From positions 1-61,307 of the IMG/VR virus record IMGVR_UViG_3300033475_000023: a stretch of 61,307 bases of DNA; one strand, 5' to 3'. Below the pieces are notes generated by a model. That model ran no database searches. It was not told the origin of the DNA and was given only the letters and a program-made list of their open reading frames with translations. Position numbers and translations under genes: made by a program. Positions 33,922 to 43,048 of the stretch are shown piece after piece; position 1 is the stretch's first letter, and the number at the start of each line of letters is the position of its first letter. Origin of the DNA: a virus.

Positions 33922-34170
33922 ATGAAAGAATTTGAATTAAAATTAGGTGCAATTACTTATAAATGTACCTCAAACGTATCAACAAGGGATAGTCAAAATT
34001 GGAATATACATGCTAAATTCCACGATTTAGAATTATCAATGACTATACCAGAACAGTCGAAAGTAAGCATGGATAAAGTAATGATTTTCGTTACCGCGTT
34101 AGATGAAACTTTGAAAAGAGTACAACAAGAAAAGGGTAGAGAGTTGACCTTTATTAACCAGTTAGCCTAA
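33922..34170 (+). CDS. Hypothetical protein
   Basis: ORF track. Confidence 0.5.
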   Translation: MKEFELKLGAITYKCTSNVSTRDSQNWNIHAKFHDLELSMTIPEQSKVSMDKVMIFVTALDETLKRVQQEKGRELTFINQLA

Positions 34171-34190
34171 TTCATTAAACAGCAAAAGAA

Positions 34191-34385
34191 ATGAAAGATG
34201 GATTAACAGAAGCTATAATAGCTAAAGACACGGTAAAAATAGTAGAGTTGTTTGATATGGAACTTACCAGGTAACAGCAAAGGACTAATAAATTAACAGA
34301 ATTTATACTTGAATTAAGCGAAACGCAAAACTTTGACCTTTTAACACATCAAAAAATAGGGGCACTCTTAAGGGGTGAAAAATAA
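34191..34385 (+). other. 64-codon reading frame interrupted by one in-frame TAA (34272-34274)
   Basis: Translated codon by codon: 'MKDGLTEAIIAKDTVKIVELFDMELTR*QQRTNKLTEFILELSETQNFDLLTHQKIGALLRGEK*'. There is no ATG/GTG/TTG in the second part. Confidence 0.35.
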
Positions 34386-34397
34386 AAACAAATTAAA

Positions 34398-34598
34398 ATG
34401 AATGAAATTATAAAAAATACCTGCAAAATAGGCCAAGGCGAAAAATGTTGCAAATACTTAGTTGTGGGTACAGGCGGGTTTGAATGTATGAAATTACATA
34501 ACAAAGAATTTATAGACCGACAATGGGCTAAAACCCAACATGTAGCACAGGGTGATAATTGCGAAGGTAAAGAACAAAGCGAATTAAATATGGAATAA
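34398..34598 (+). CDS. Cys-containing small protein
   Basis: ORF track. Confidence 0.5.
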   Translation: MNEIIKNTCKIGQGEKCCKYLVVGTGGFECMKLHNKEFIDRQWAKTQHVAQGDNCEGKEQSELNME

Positions 34599-34918
34599 TG
34601 GTAGATAAAAGCATATTTAACAGCCCGTATTCAACCGGAACAATGGTAGGCGTCACATACGTTAAAAAGCTGTTACACCCAAAAGTAAAGCAACTGTTTG
34701 ATGTGATGAGCAAAACCAAGAATTGCTATATTGGTATTAGTGAAAACACAGCACAGCTTTTTATTGATGACCAACCAATAATAAAGATAGAAACAGAGTT
34801 TATAGAACAAGTTAAATTGATGCTTAATGATGACGTTAAGGAATACAACGAAATGACCGAATACAGGTTATCAATACAACGCAAAAGAGATATACTGATA
34901 TACTATCAAAGCTATTAA
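34598..34918 (+). CDS. Hypothetical protein
   Basis: ORF track; TAATG junction. Confidence 0.5.
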   Translation: MVDKSIFNSPYSTGTMVGVTYVKKLLHPKVKQLFDVMSKTKNCYIGISENTAQLFIDDQPIIKIETEFIEQVKLMLNDDVKEYNEMTEYRLSIQRKRDILIYYQSY

Positions 34919-35096
34919 AACAACGCGCCGGGAGTTTGATAACGCGAGGTTACAAAGAATACGAGCCACTATAAGAAACCGGATAGTGTTTTATAAAAGC
35001 CTTTTACAGTAAAATGTAGAGGCTTTTTTTATTTGGGGAAGTTTGTATAAATTTGTTTTTATAAAAAAGGCAACAAACCAACGGAAAAGCAACGAT

Positions 35097-35489
35097 ATGG
35101 CTAAGTTTGAAAAGGGTAATAAATTGGGTAATAGATTTACAGCAGAAAACCAACCTGAAAACAATACAGGCAGGCCACCAGGTGTAAAGAATAGAAGCAC
35201 CATAGCGCGTGAGGTTTTAAATACGATGCTACAAATGCCGCAAGACATTTATGATAAGGTTAAAGAAATACACCCAAATATAGAAAGAAGCTTAACAGCG
35301 GAACAGTTTGCAACATGGGCAGTGCTATTTAAAGCGATACGACAAGGTGATCAGATGGCTTTAAAAGCTTTATTAGATAGCGCCTACGGTAACACAAAAC
35401 AAGAAGTTGATATAGTAGGTGAAATAAAGATTACAGATAATAAAATTGGCATAAGAATTAAAGCGCCGGTTATAGACGAAGAGGATTAA
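35097..35489 (+). CDS. Putative terminase small subunit (ATG 35097; the track starts it at 35043)
   Basis: 'MAKFEKGNKLGNRFTAENQPENNTGRPPGVKN' is typical of a TerS N-terminus; immediately upstream of TerL. Confidence 0.45.
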   Translation: MAKFEKGNKLGNRFTAENQPENNTGRPPGVKNRSTIAREVLNTMLQMPQDIYDKVKEIHPNIERSLTAEQFATWAVLFKAIRQGDQMALKALLDSAYGNTKQEVDIVGEIKITDNKIGIRIKAPVIDEED

Positions 35490-35493
35490 TTAT

Positions 35494-36882
35494 ATGACCG
35501 ATGATTTAGAAGTAACTATTGTTTGGGAAAAGGTTTGGGAAGCTATACACAAGTTTGAACCAGATGGGACAAGAACATACAAATACATTATATTAAAAGG
35601 CTCGTCGCGCTCGGGTAAAACATACTCACTAATTGACATTATTGACCTATACTGTAGAAGTGAAGATGCAAAGCGCTGCACAGTTTGGCGTAATACAAAG
35701 ACTGACTGTAAACAAACAGTGTTATTTGATACCGAAAAGCATTTAAGGGAAACCGGGCGGTTTGGACTTGCCCAGGTACTTAACAAAACAGAAAGCATAT
35801 TTACCTATGCTACAGGCAGCCGCTTTGAAATACACGGTACAGAGGAAGTAGATACGGTGATGGGCCTTACGCAAGATGTAGTGTGGCTAAACGAGCCGTA
35901 CAAAATCAGCCGTGATATATTTGACCAACTTGACCAACGTACATCAGATTTTATCCTAATAGATTTAAACCCCAAAATTAAACATTGGGTTGATGATTTA
36001 GAAAAGGATAGCCGCGCTCTCGTGATTCATAGCACTTTCAGGGACAATCCATTTTGCCCAATTGAACAAAAACGCAAAATTCTAAGTTATCAGCCGGTAA
36101 GCATGTGCGATATTGTACTAAGTGGTAAGCTTTCAATAGAAAAGGCAAACAAATACGATATAGCCAACAACCCTAAGAACTTTACACCAAAGCAGATAAA
36201 AGAACTATCGCGCTGCATAGAAAACGAATACAAAAAATCAGCCAGTGAATACAACTGGAAAGTATTTGGTTTAGGCCAAGCAGCGGAACGACCTAACAGG
36301 ATATTCAGGTGGAAAGAAATACCGATAAGCCAGTACAATGAAATTAAAGAGGACGTATATTATGGAGTGGATTGGGGAGCTGTAGACCCGTGGGGGATTG
36401 TAGAGGTTAAATACTATGACGGTGCACTGTATGTTAACGAAATAAATTATAAGTCCGAAAATGAGATAAGAATGATGTTATCAGCCACAGAACGTTCACA
36501 GATAATGACAGGGGAAGAAGGCTTTGTAACGTGGTATTTTAGAAAGTTCGGAATAACAGAAGGGAGTATTTTAATATGTGATGACAACCGGCCCAAAAAG
36601 ATTGCAGCACTAAGGCTTATAGGGTATAACGCTATGAAAGCTGATAAGGGTTCAGACCAATTCGGCAACTTAGTGGATAGCATAGACTTCTTAAACGATA
36701 CACAGGTGTACTATACAAGCACATCAACTAATTTGGCATTTGAACAAGAAAACTATTCCCGTAAGATTGATAGATACGGTGTTGTAACAGAAGAACCAGA
36801 GGATGCCAACAATCACCTGATTGACCCTATCCGTTACGTACATGGTTTTTTGCGTAGAATGGGCATTATAAGAAAAATGTAA
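35494..36882 (+). CDS. terL: Terminase large subunit
   Basis: Walker A 'LKGSSRSGKTYS', 'VVWLNEP' (Walker B-like), C-terminal nuclease 'NNHLIDPIRYV'. Confidence 0.85.
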   Translation: MTDDLEVTIVWEKVWEAIHKFEPDGTRTYKYIILKGSSRSGKTYSLIDIIDLYCRSEDAKRCTVWRNTKTDCKQTVLFDTEKHLRETGRFGLAQVLNKTESIFTYATGSRFEIHGTEEVDTVMGLTQDVVWLNEPYKISRDIFDQLDQRTSDFILIDLNPKIKHWVDDLEKDSRALVIHSTFRDNPFCPIEQKRKILSYQPVSMCDIVLSGKLSIEKANKYDIANNPKNFTPKQIKELSRCIENEYKKSASEYNWKVFGLGQAAERPNRIFRWKEIPISQYNEIKEDVYYGVDWGAVDPWGIVEVKYYDGALYVNEINYKSENEIRMMLSATERSQIMTGEEGFVTWYFRKFGITEGSILICDDNRPKKIAALRLIGYNAMKADKGSDQFGNLVDSIDFLNDTQVYYTSTSTNLAFEQENYSRKIDRYGVVTEEPEDANNHLIDPIRYVHGFLRRMGIIRKM

Positions 36883-36931
36883 AATTATTTTTATATTTTA
36901 TTTGCATAATAAAATAAATTTTATACCTTTA
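36881..36931 (+). promoter_or_regulatory. Promoter repeat, divergent copy C (TTTG 36901-36904, N19, TAccTTTA 36924-36931)
   Basis: 'aaaattatttttatattttatttgca.aataa' closely matches copies A and B. Confidence 0.5.
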
Positions 36932-36973
36932 CATCAACAAACAAACGTATCATCAAATTAAAATCAAAAAGCA

Positions 36974-37255
36974 ATGGAAACCAACGAACAAACAATTGCA
37001 AATGGCACTAACAGCGCAAACACAATTATTTACAACCCTGTAAAAATTGTTTCAGAACACTTATTTAATGACGATAAATACACACCTATACACCGTATAG
37101 CTTGTGGCGTTTGCTTTATTGTAATAGGTGTAGAAATAGCCCAGGTAAGCGCCGGTACAATTTATCACTTTGTAGGTGATGCGACAGGGTATTTAATTCA
37201 TGGGATTGGCTCGTTGCCAATATTGGAAAGATTAGAAAAATGGATAAAGAGTTAA
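36974..37255 (+). CDS. Small membrane protein, paralogue of 14657..14926
   Basis: 'HRIACGVCFIVIGVEIAQ...GDATGYLIHGIGSLPILERL'. Confidence 0.55.
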   Translation: METNEQTIANGTNSANTIIYNPVKIVSEHLFNDDKYTPIHRIACGVCFIVIGVEIAQVSAGTIYHFVGDATGYLIHGIGSLPILERLEKWIKS

Positions 37256-37407
37256 CAACAACAGAAGAAGTAGTACAGGTGCGCGGCATCTGTGCTACTA
37301 TTGCAGCAATGCATACACCAAAATTTCACAACCTTGATGAACTATTAAGGTCATTCGGGTACAAGCTAACAAAGATTAATAACCAACAAACACAACAACC
37401 AAAATGA
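37240..37407 (+). CDS. Small hypothetical protein (55 aa)
   Basis: 'MDKELTTTEEVVQVRGICATIAAMH...'; fills the gap. Confidence 0.35.
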   Translation: MDKELTTTEEVVQVRGICATIAAMHTPKFHNLDELLRSFGYKLTKINNQQTQQPK

Positions 37408-37553
37408 ACACTATAGGAGACGCATTAATTTGCATTACATGGGTTGTTTTAATGTGGGTGATATTTGGTATCGCCAACAGCAAAACAACACCACAGAGGG
37501 AAGAAACAAGCACTGAAACTTACGAAGAAAGGCAAAGGAGACTTTACAAATGA
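37404..37553 (+). CDS. 49-aa membrane peptide
   Basis: ATGA overlaps at both ends; 'ALICITWVVLMWVIFGIA'. Confidence 0.35.
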   Translation: MNTIGDALICITWVVLMWVIFGIANSKTTPQREETSTETYEERQRRLYK

Positions 37554-37894
37554 GAACCATAGTAAAAGAAAGCCCATTACAAAGGCATAGGGGAATAGGA
37601 TTTGATTTTGGTTGGGGGAATGGATATGCTTTAATTCCAAAAGGGCACAAGTGTTGGGGTAAGGATTACGAAGACGATGTTTTTAATAGTATAAATGTCA
37701 ATGGCGGCCTAACGTTTTCACAGGAAGTTGATGATGATTTAATTGAACATTGGCAACTGAAGCCAAAAGATAAAGGCATGTGGATCGTTGGATTTGATAC
37801 AGCGCATTGTGGTGACACATTAGCAAAATGGCCTCGTGAAGCTGTAGTTGCTGAAGCCAAAAGATTAGCCAGGCAATTATCTAAAATAAAATAA
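37550..37894 (+). CDS. Hypothetical protein
   Basis: ORF track. Confidence 0.55.
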   Translation: MRTIVKESPLQRHRGIGFDFGWGNGYALIPKGHKCWGKDYEDDVFNSINVNGGLTFSQEVDDDLIEHWQLKPKDKGMWIVGFDTAHCGDTLAKWPREAVVAEAKRLARQLSKIK

Positions 37895-37915
37895 CCAACT
37901 TAACAAACAGAAAAA

Positions 37916-38245
37916 ATGAAAGCAATTTTAATAAACGTTAACGAACGCACAATTACAGAAGTAGAAGTAAGTAAGAAAAACACCCTGCAAGATTGGTATA
38001 AACTAATGGGTGTAGAATTGGTGACAACAGCTTGTTACCTTGACAATGGCGATAGCATACTTGTAGACGACGAGGGTTTGCTAAAAGAAAACAAATATTT
38101 TACCTATAACGGAGAAGTGTATGCCGGTAATGGCCTTGTAGTAGGCACTAAAGATGATGGTGAAAGCTGTTCATGTAAAACAAATATTGCTGTAATTGAA
38201 AACACCGTGGAGTTTTATGATAAGCCAGTAATGTTTTATTTATGA
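37916..38245 (+). CDS. DUF3846-like protein
   Basis: 'MKAILINVNERTITEVEV...LQDWYKLMG...ILVDDEGLL' resembles DUF3846 (from memory). Confidence 0.4.
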   Translation: MKAILINVNERTITEVEVSKKNTLQDWYKLMGVELVTTACYLDNGDSILVDDEGLLKENKYFTYNGEVYAGNGLVVGTKDDGESCSCKTNIAVIENTVEFYDKPVMFYL

Positions 38246-38652
38246 CGTACAAAGACATACAAACGGGCGACAAGGTTAAGCCAGTTTATTTCCCTGACAA
38301 TCAAAAGAACATCACAGAGGGGAAAGAATATGAGGTTATAAGAACCTACAAAAGTGAGTACTTTAACAAAATAAAAATTATTAATGACGCCGGTCAAAAG
38401 AAGTGGTTTAATGACCGCGCATACAATACTTATTTTAAAAAGATAATAGACAAACCGTCAGTAGAACACTTAGTACACACTTCGTTAAGTGATTTATCAT
38501 TAGCGGATTTACAGACAACTTTAGATATGCTAATAAAATACGATACATATCACAATCAACTCAATATGCAAACGCAAATACAAAATGAAATAACCAACAG
38601 GCTTAAAGAAGTTTTCCCTAATTTAAGAACAGTCTGGGAAAGAATACAATAA
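38242..38652 (+). CDS. Hypothetical protein
   Basis: ORF track; ATGA overlap. Confidence 0.55.
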   Translation: MTYKDIQTGDKVKPVYFPDNQKNITEGKEYEVIRTYKSEYFNKIKIINDAGQKKWFNDRAYNTYFKKIIDKPSVEHLVHTSLSDLSLADLQTTLDMLIKYDTYHNQLNMQTQIQNEITNRLKEVFPNLRTVWERIQ

Positions 38653-38724
38653 AGCGATTTTGTGGAAGTTACAACAGCAGTACGTTCACAATTAAGATTA
38701 ATGAAATAAGCAAAAAAACAAACA

Positions 38725-38880
38725 ATGACAAAAACAGTTGGTGAAATATCAAAACTTGCAGAAAAGTCAAAAGAACGATATATGAAATATGATTTAAATA
38801 AAGAATTACCTGCAATGGAAAAATTGAGAATGAGGATAGGGTATCATTCTGGGTATTTAGATGGGTACAACAAGCATTAA
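38725..38880 (+). CDS. Small hypothetical protein (51 aa)
   Basis: 'MTKTVGEISKLAEKSKERYMKYD...'. The antisense 38669..38905 ORF looks spurious. Confidence 0.35.
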   Translation: MTKTVGEISKLAEKSKERYMKYDLNKELPAMEKLRMRIGYHSGYLDGYNKH

Positions 38881-38916
38881 AAGACCATAAAATTTGGCCG
38901 TACAACTATTAAAAAC

Positions 38917-39324
38917 ATGAAAAAGAAAGACATTAACCTGATACAGCAAGTTTGTAAAATAGTTACAGACGGATTGAAGAAAGCTGATGAACTAAATGCA
39001 CATTTACATCAGGACGGGACTTACAGAACATACCCAATTGATAATGGACAAGTAGATAGCCACGGAGATATTATACTACCAGGTGCATTCACTAAATCAA
39101 TGAACATGAGTGAAAAGACAAATAGGCTTGCAAATGATAAATTAAACAACCCTACCAAGTATGCACATTTAAAAAAGAAAGCAGAAAAGCCATTTGATTA
39201 TACCATGAGAATAAGGTTTAACAATGAAGCATTAAACGATGTGATAATCAACAAAGATGGTTCAACAACAGTAAACGACAACACCGAGGACATTGATTAC
39301 ATAGAAGTTAAAGATGATGAATAA
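38917..39324 (+). CDS. Hypothetical protein
   Basis: ORF track. Confidence 0.55.
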   Translation: MKKKDINLIQQVCKIVTDGLKKADELNAHLHQDGTYRTYPIDNGQVDSHGDIILPGAFTKSMNMSEKTNRLANDKLNNPTKYAHLKKKAEKPFDYTMRIRFNNEALNDVIINKDGSTTVNDNTEDIDYIEVKDDE

Positions 39325-39385
39325 TAATACCTGTTTTTGTTTTTAAATATTTTATTACTTTTACAAATAAAAAAATCAGAAAGCA

Positions 39386-39847
39386 ATGAAAAGAATTTTA
39401 TTCCTAACAGGATTGTTAATTACGCTGGCCGTGGGAGTACGTGCCCAAAGCGTAACCACTAAAGGCGTATCAGTATTATGGAGTACATTACCTGCGCCTA
39501 ACAAGTATGTTGATACAGTAACCAACACAGGTGTTAAAAGCCAGGTATTCCAAATTAGCAATGCTACGGGAATAGGCATTCAGGTAGTTGTAACAAAAGC
39601 AAGCGGGACAGGCGCGGGACAGGTAAACCTTTTAGGTTCTGTTGATGGTGTTAACTACGAAAGAATACCTACACTTAAATCAAATGGTACTGTAGGTTTG
39701 GATAGTTTAACTGTAACCAATGTAACCACAAGTACCCATACATTCCAGATACCTAAAGTTTATCATAATTGGTATAAACTGACTTTTACCGGAAGCGGCA
39801 CTGAGGTTGCGTATTTAACTTCATTTGCAAGTTCAAAGAATAAATAA
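39386..39847 (+). CDS. Secreted beta-rich protein
   Basis: Signal peptide 'MKRILFLTGLLITLAVGVRAQ'. Confidence 0.6.
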   Translation: MKRILFLTGLLITLAVGVRAQSVTTKGVSVLWSTLPAPNKYVDTVTNTGVKSQVFQISNATGIGIQVVVTKASGTGAGQVNLLGSVDGVNYERIPTLKSNGTVGLDSLTVTNVTTSTHTFQIPKVYHNWYKLTFTGSGTEVAYLTSFASSKNK

Positions 39848-39925
39848 AATATTAAACAGAACCCGCACTTTAGCAGTGTAAAGACAACCATGCAGCGGAA
39901 AAGGGGCATCCGGCGAAAATGCAAG

Positions 39926-39957
39926 AAAGGGCGTAAGAAATTACAGCCCTTTTTTAT
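39926..39957. terminator. Bidirectional terminator between convergent genes
   Basis: aaagggc / gcccttt stem flanked by an A-run and a T-run. Confidence 0.6.
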
Positions 39958-39958
39958 T

Positions 39959-40423
39959 TTACATCATTACTAAATTACCACTTGCATCTAACCCCAAAGT
40001 TGGCATAGGATCAAACCTTAATTGTTCAGCAGTAATTTCATTGTTGAGAAGATTTAAAATTGTTTGAATTGAATCAGAAAGCGCAATATCTTTTAAATGT
40101 AGTTCACTATCCGGCAGCTTAATGCCAAATTCAAATAAGCCATCATTGTGCTTTTTATAAAGCACAATTAAGCAACCAAAATGACTTTCAACTTGTGGCA
40201 AAATTGGGTGAAAGCAATTACCTGTTTGTGTGAAATAAGCAGAACGCGTATGTAGCAATTGAGCCAACTCTAATTCAGAAAACTCATATTTAGATGTGTA
40301 TTCATAAATAGGAACTTCCTCTAAAATTGAGTTGATACGCTTTATACATACCGGCAAAACACGGTATCCAGGTTGATTTTTAGCAAGATTATGAGTTGCT
40401 TCTTTAAAATTTAACGGTTCCAT
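39959..40423 (-). CDS. Opposite-strand moron, 154 aa, unknown function (start at internal Met 27 of the track ORF)
   Basis: 'MEPLNFKEATHNLAKNQPGYRVLPV...'. Minus-strand -7 box TAATTTTG (plus-strand coordinates 40453-40460) lies about 30 nt upstream. Confidence 0.6.
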   Translation of the reverse strand: MEPLNFKEATHNLAKNQPGYRVLPVCIKRINSILEEVPIYEYTSKYEFSELELAQLLHTRSAYFTQTGNCFHPILPQVESHFGCLIVLYKKHNDGLFEFGIKLPDSELHLKDIALSDSIQTILNLLNNEITAEQLRFDPMPTLGLDASGNLVMM

Positions 40424-40499
40424 ACTATAAAAAAATGCTTTAATGTTCGCACCAAAATTACCTATTTTTATACAAATATTTATTTTTACATTTACACAC

Positions 40500-40637
40500 A
40501 TGGAAAAGCAGCCGACAAATAAAAAACAAACAGCCTACAAAATGCTGAAAGAAAAATTAGGCAAGCAGAATAAAAATCAACCAGGCCAAAAGCCAAACTC
40601 TACTTTTGAACAAAGATTAAACCTTACTAAAAAGTAA
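40500..40637 (+). CDS. Small basic protein (45 aa)
   Basis: 'MEKQPTNKKQTAYKMLKEKLGKQNK...'; precedes the portal gene. Confidence 0.4.
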   Translation: MEKQPTNKKQTAYKMLKEKLGKQNKNQPGQKPNSTFEQRLNLTKK

Positions 40638-40640
40638 AAA

Positions 40641-42101
40641 ATGGGATTAGTTGACAAGATTAAAAACGGCTTAACTGCAATAAAAGAGGACATAACATTT
40701 GCGGGTGGCAATTGGGCCGGGTTGCCAATTATAGACCCATCAACATTTAGAGGCTTTGGCGAAAGTGATTATGACGGTGGTATGTGGTTCTTTGGTGATG
40801 GCAGCAAAGAAATAAGACCCTTCACATACATTAACAAGCAATCACCTGTATTAGCCTATAACCTTTGCCCACCTGTATCAGCAATCATAAATAGAAAGAC
40901 CCAGGCGTTTTCAAATGGTAATACCACACTCACAAATATTGCAGGGAAGGCCAAAGGGAAAGAAAGCGATGGTTTGTTTGCTACCAAGATTAGAACGCTA
41001 CTAAATCAGCCGAATAGAATACAATCAGGGTCACAATTTGAAGCGCAATTATATGCAATGGTGCAACTGTATGGGTGGGCATTAGTAATGCCTATGATAC
41101 CTTATGGTTTTACAGAAATATCAGATGCGACAGCCCTATGGATATTACCAAATTGGTTGATAGATATTTACTATTCTACAAGCTTATTTTTTGACCAAAA
41201 TAGCCAAATAATCAACAGAATAACCATCACATATGGCGGGAGAGTTGTTGAACTCCCAATTGAAAATATGATGTTGATTAAGGATTTAACGCCGGTACTT
41301 TCAAATCCAATTATACCAAACAGTAGAATATTATCACTTGAAAAGCCAATAAACAACGTGATAGGCGCTTATGATAGCCGCAATACGTTAATCAACAAGC
41401 GCGGGCCAATGGGGTTCATTACGCAAACTCCGGATGCAAACGGATTAATGCCATTAACAGCAAAAGAAAAACGTGAATTACAGCGTGAGTTTATGAACTA
41501 TGGTTTACGAAGAGATCAATTACAGGTTGTATTAGCCGGGATGCGTAACCTTAAGTTTGAAAGCATGGGGTACAACACAAAGGACTTAATGTTAATGGAA
41601 GAAGTTAGTGAAAGCGGGATTGCTATAAGCACAGGGCTATCATACCCACCTTTCCTTTTGGGGTTGTCTGATACCACCTACAACAACCAAAAAGAAGCAA
41701 GCCGTGGCCTTTACATGGAAAGTATTATACCAGAGAGCGCAAACATCTATCAACAATTAGGAAACTACTTTAAAACCACACAAAACGGCATCCAAATAGG
41801 TAAAAACTATGACCACGTATCAGCTTTACAAGAAGATAGATTAAACACCGCACAAGCAGATAAATTAACAGCAGACTTAACAGAAAAACAATTTAAAAAT
41901 AACTGGATAACGCTTGACCAAGCCAGGGTATTGAATTGTTTAGACCCGGTTGGGGATGCTTTTGGTAAACTTTATTATAAGGACTTAATAGCTTTAGGGT
42001 GGAATTTTGGTAACACAGGCATACAAGCAGGTGATACAAATTCAACTACACCACCGGATGTAGGAACAACACAACCGGCAAAAGTTGTCAATATGCGTTA
42101 A
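40641..42101 (+). CDS. Portal protein
   Basis: 486 aa; lies between the terminase and the prohead protease/capsid genes. Confidence 0.6.
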   Translation: MGLVDKIKNGLTAIKEDITFAGGNWAGLPIIDPSTFRGFGESDYDGGMWFFGDGSKEIRPFTYINKQSPVLAYNLCPPVSAIINRKTQAFSNGNTTLTNIAGKAKGKESDGLFATKIRTLLNQPNRIQSGSQFEAQLYAMVQLYGWALVMPMIPYGFTEISDATALWILPNWLIDIYYSTSLFFDQNSQIINRITITYGGRVVELPIENMMLIKDLTPVLSNPIIPNSRILSLEKPINNVIGAYDSRNTLINKRGPMGFITQTPDANGLMPLTAKEKRELQREFMNYGLRRDQLQVVLAGMRNLKFESMGYNTKDLMLMEEVSESGIAISTGLSYPPFLLGLSDTTYNNQKEASRGLYMESIIPESANIYQQLGNYFKTTQNGIQIGKNYDHVSALQEDRLNTAQADKLTADLTEKQFKNNWITLDQARVLNCLDPVGDAFGKLYYKDLIALGWNFGNTGIQAGDTNSTTPPDVGTTQPAKVVNMR

Positions 42102-42152
42102 TTTTAATATTAATTATTTTTAATATACTTTTACATCAAAAAATCATAAGCC

Positions 42153-43025
42153 ATGCCTGACATTGCAAAAACAGAAAAAGCTTTAGCACTAAAAAGGGAA
42201 AAGCTTTACGCTATCAAAAGCAGCGACACAGCTAACAAAGAATTAGTGATAAAGGACGTTGATTTAAGCCAAAGGATTGTGACTGGCTTTTACAATACAG
42301 CAATGTACTTTGACAGTGATTATGATGTTTTACTAAAGGGTTCAGCAAATAAATCTATAACAGAGCGCGGCCCGGATAGTAATTCAGTAGCTAAGATAAA
42401 ACACCTAATGTTCCACGACTGGACATTGTTACCAGGTAAGATAAAAACCCTTAAAGAAGATACAGCAACGGTAAACGGGCAAAATGTAACAGGTATTTAT
42501 TTTGAAACCAAAATGGCTGATACAACACTCGGTAATGATACGGTGATAAACTATCAAGAAGGCGTTTATGATAACCACTCTATAGGATTTCAATATCTTG
42601 ATGGTGAATACATAGACGAAGAAGCAAAAGATTGGCAAGTATGGTTAAATCAATTACTTAACCCGGCAGACGCCGAAGCAGCGGGATTTATGTTCCTTTG
42701 GAAAGAAATAAAACTGTTTGAGGGTTCAACAGTAGCGTTCGGCGCAAACGCATTAACCCCATATTTAGGCGTTAAATCACAAAATAAAGAAGCTTTGGCA
42801 CTAAAGCTATCAGATAAAGTAAAATCACTTACTGCACAGCTTAAAAACGGCACACAAAGCGACAAAACCATGTATAACTTTGAGATGCAGTTATTACAAC
42901 TCAATCAAATCATAAAAGAACTTTTCATTGTTGAACCGGATATAAAGGACACGCTACCACAGCGCCGTACTGATGATACGTTTAATTTAAGTGAAGCTAT
43001 AAAGTCCACTAAGTTTTTAATTTAA
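42153..43025 (+). CDS. HK97-type (S78) prohead protease with a C-terminal scaffold-like coiled coil
   Basis: 'KHLMFHDW' (His) and 'DNHSIGFQY' (Ser in SxGF); coiled coil 'LKLSDKVKSLTAQLK...MQLLQLNQIIKEL'. Confidence 0.55.
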   Translation: MPDIAKTEKALALKREKLYAIKSSDTANKELVIKDVDLSQRIVTGFYNTAMYFDSDYDVLLKGSANKSITERGPDSNSVAKIKHLMFHDWTLLPGKIKTLKEDTATVNGQNVTGIYFETKMADTTLGNDTVINYQEGVYDNHSIGFQYLDGEYIDEEAKDWQVWLNQLLNPADAEAAGFMFLWKEIKLFEGSTVAFGANALTPYLGVKSQNKEALALKLSDKVKSLTAQLKNGTQSDKTMYNFEMQLLQLNQIIKELFIVEPDIKDTLPQRRTDDTFNLSEAIKSTKFLI

Positions 43026-43048
43026 TTCACACTTAAAAAAGCAAAATC

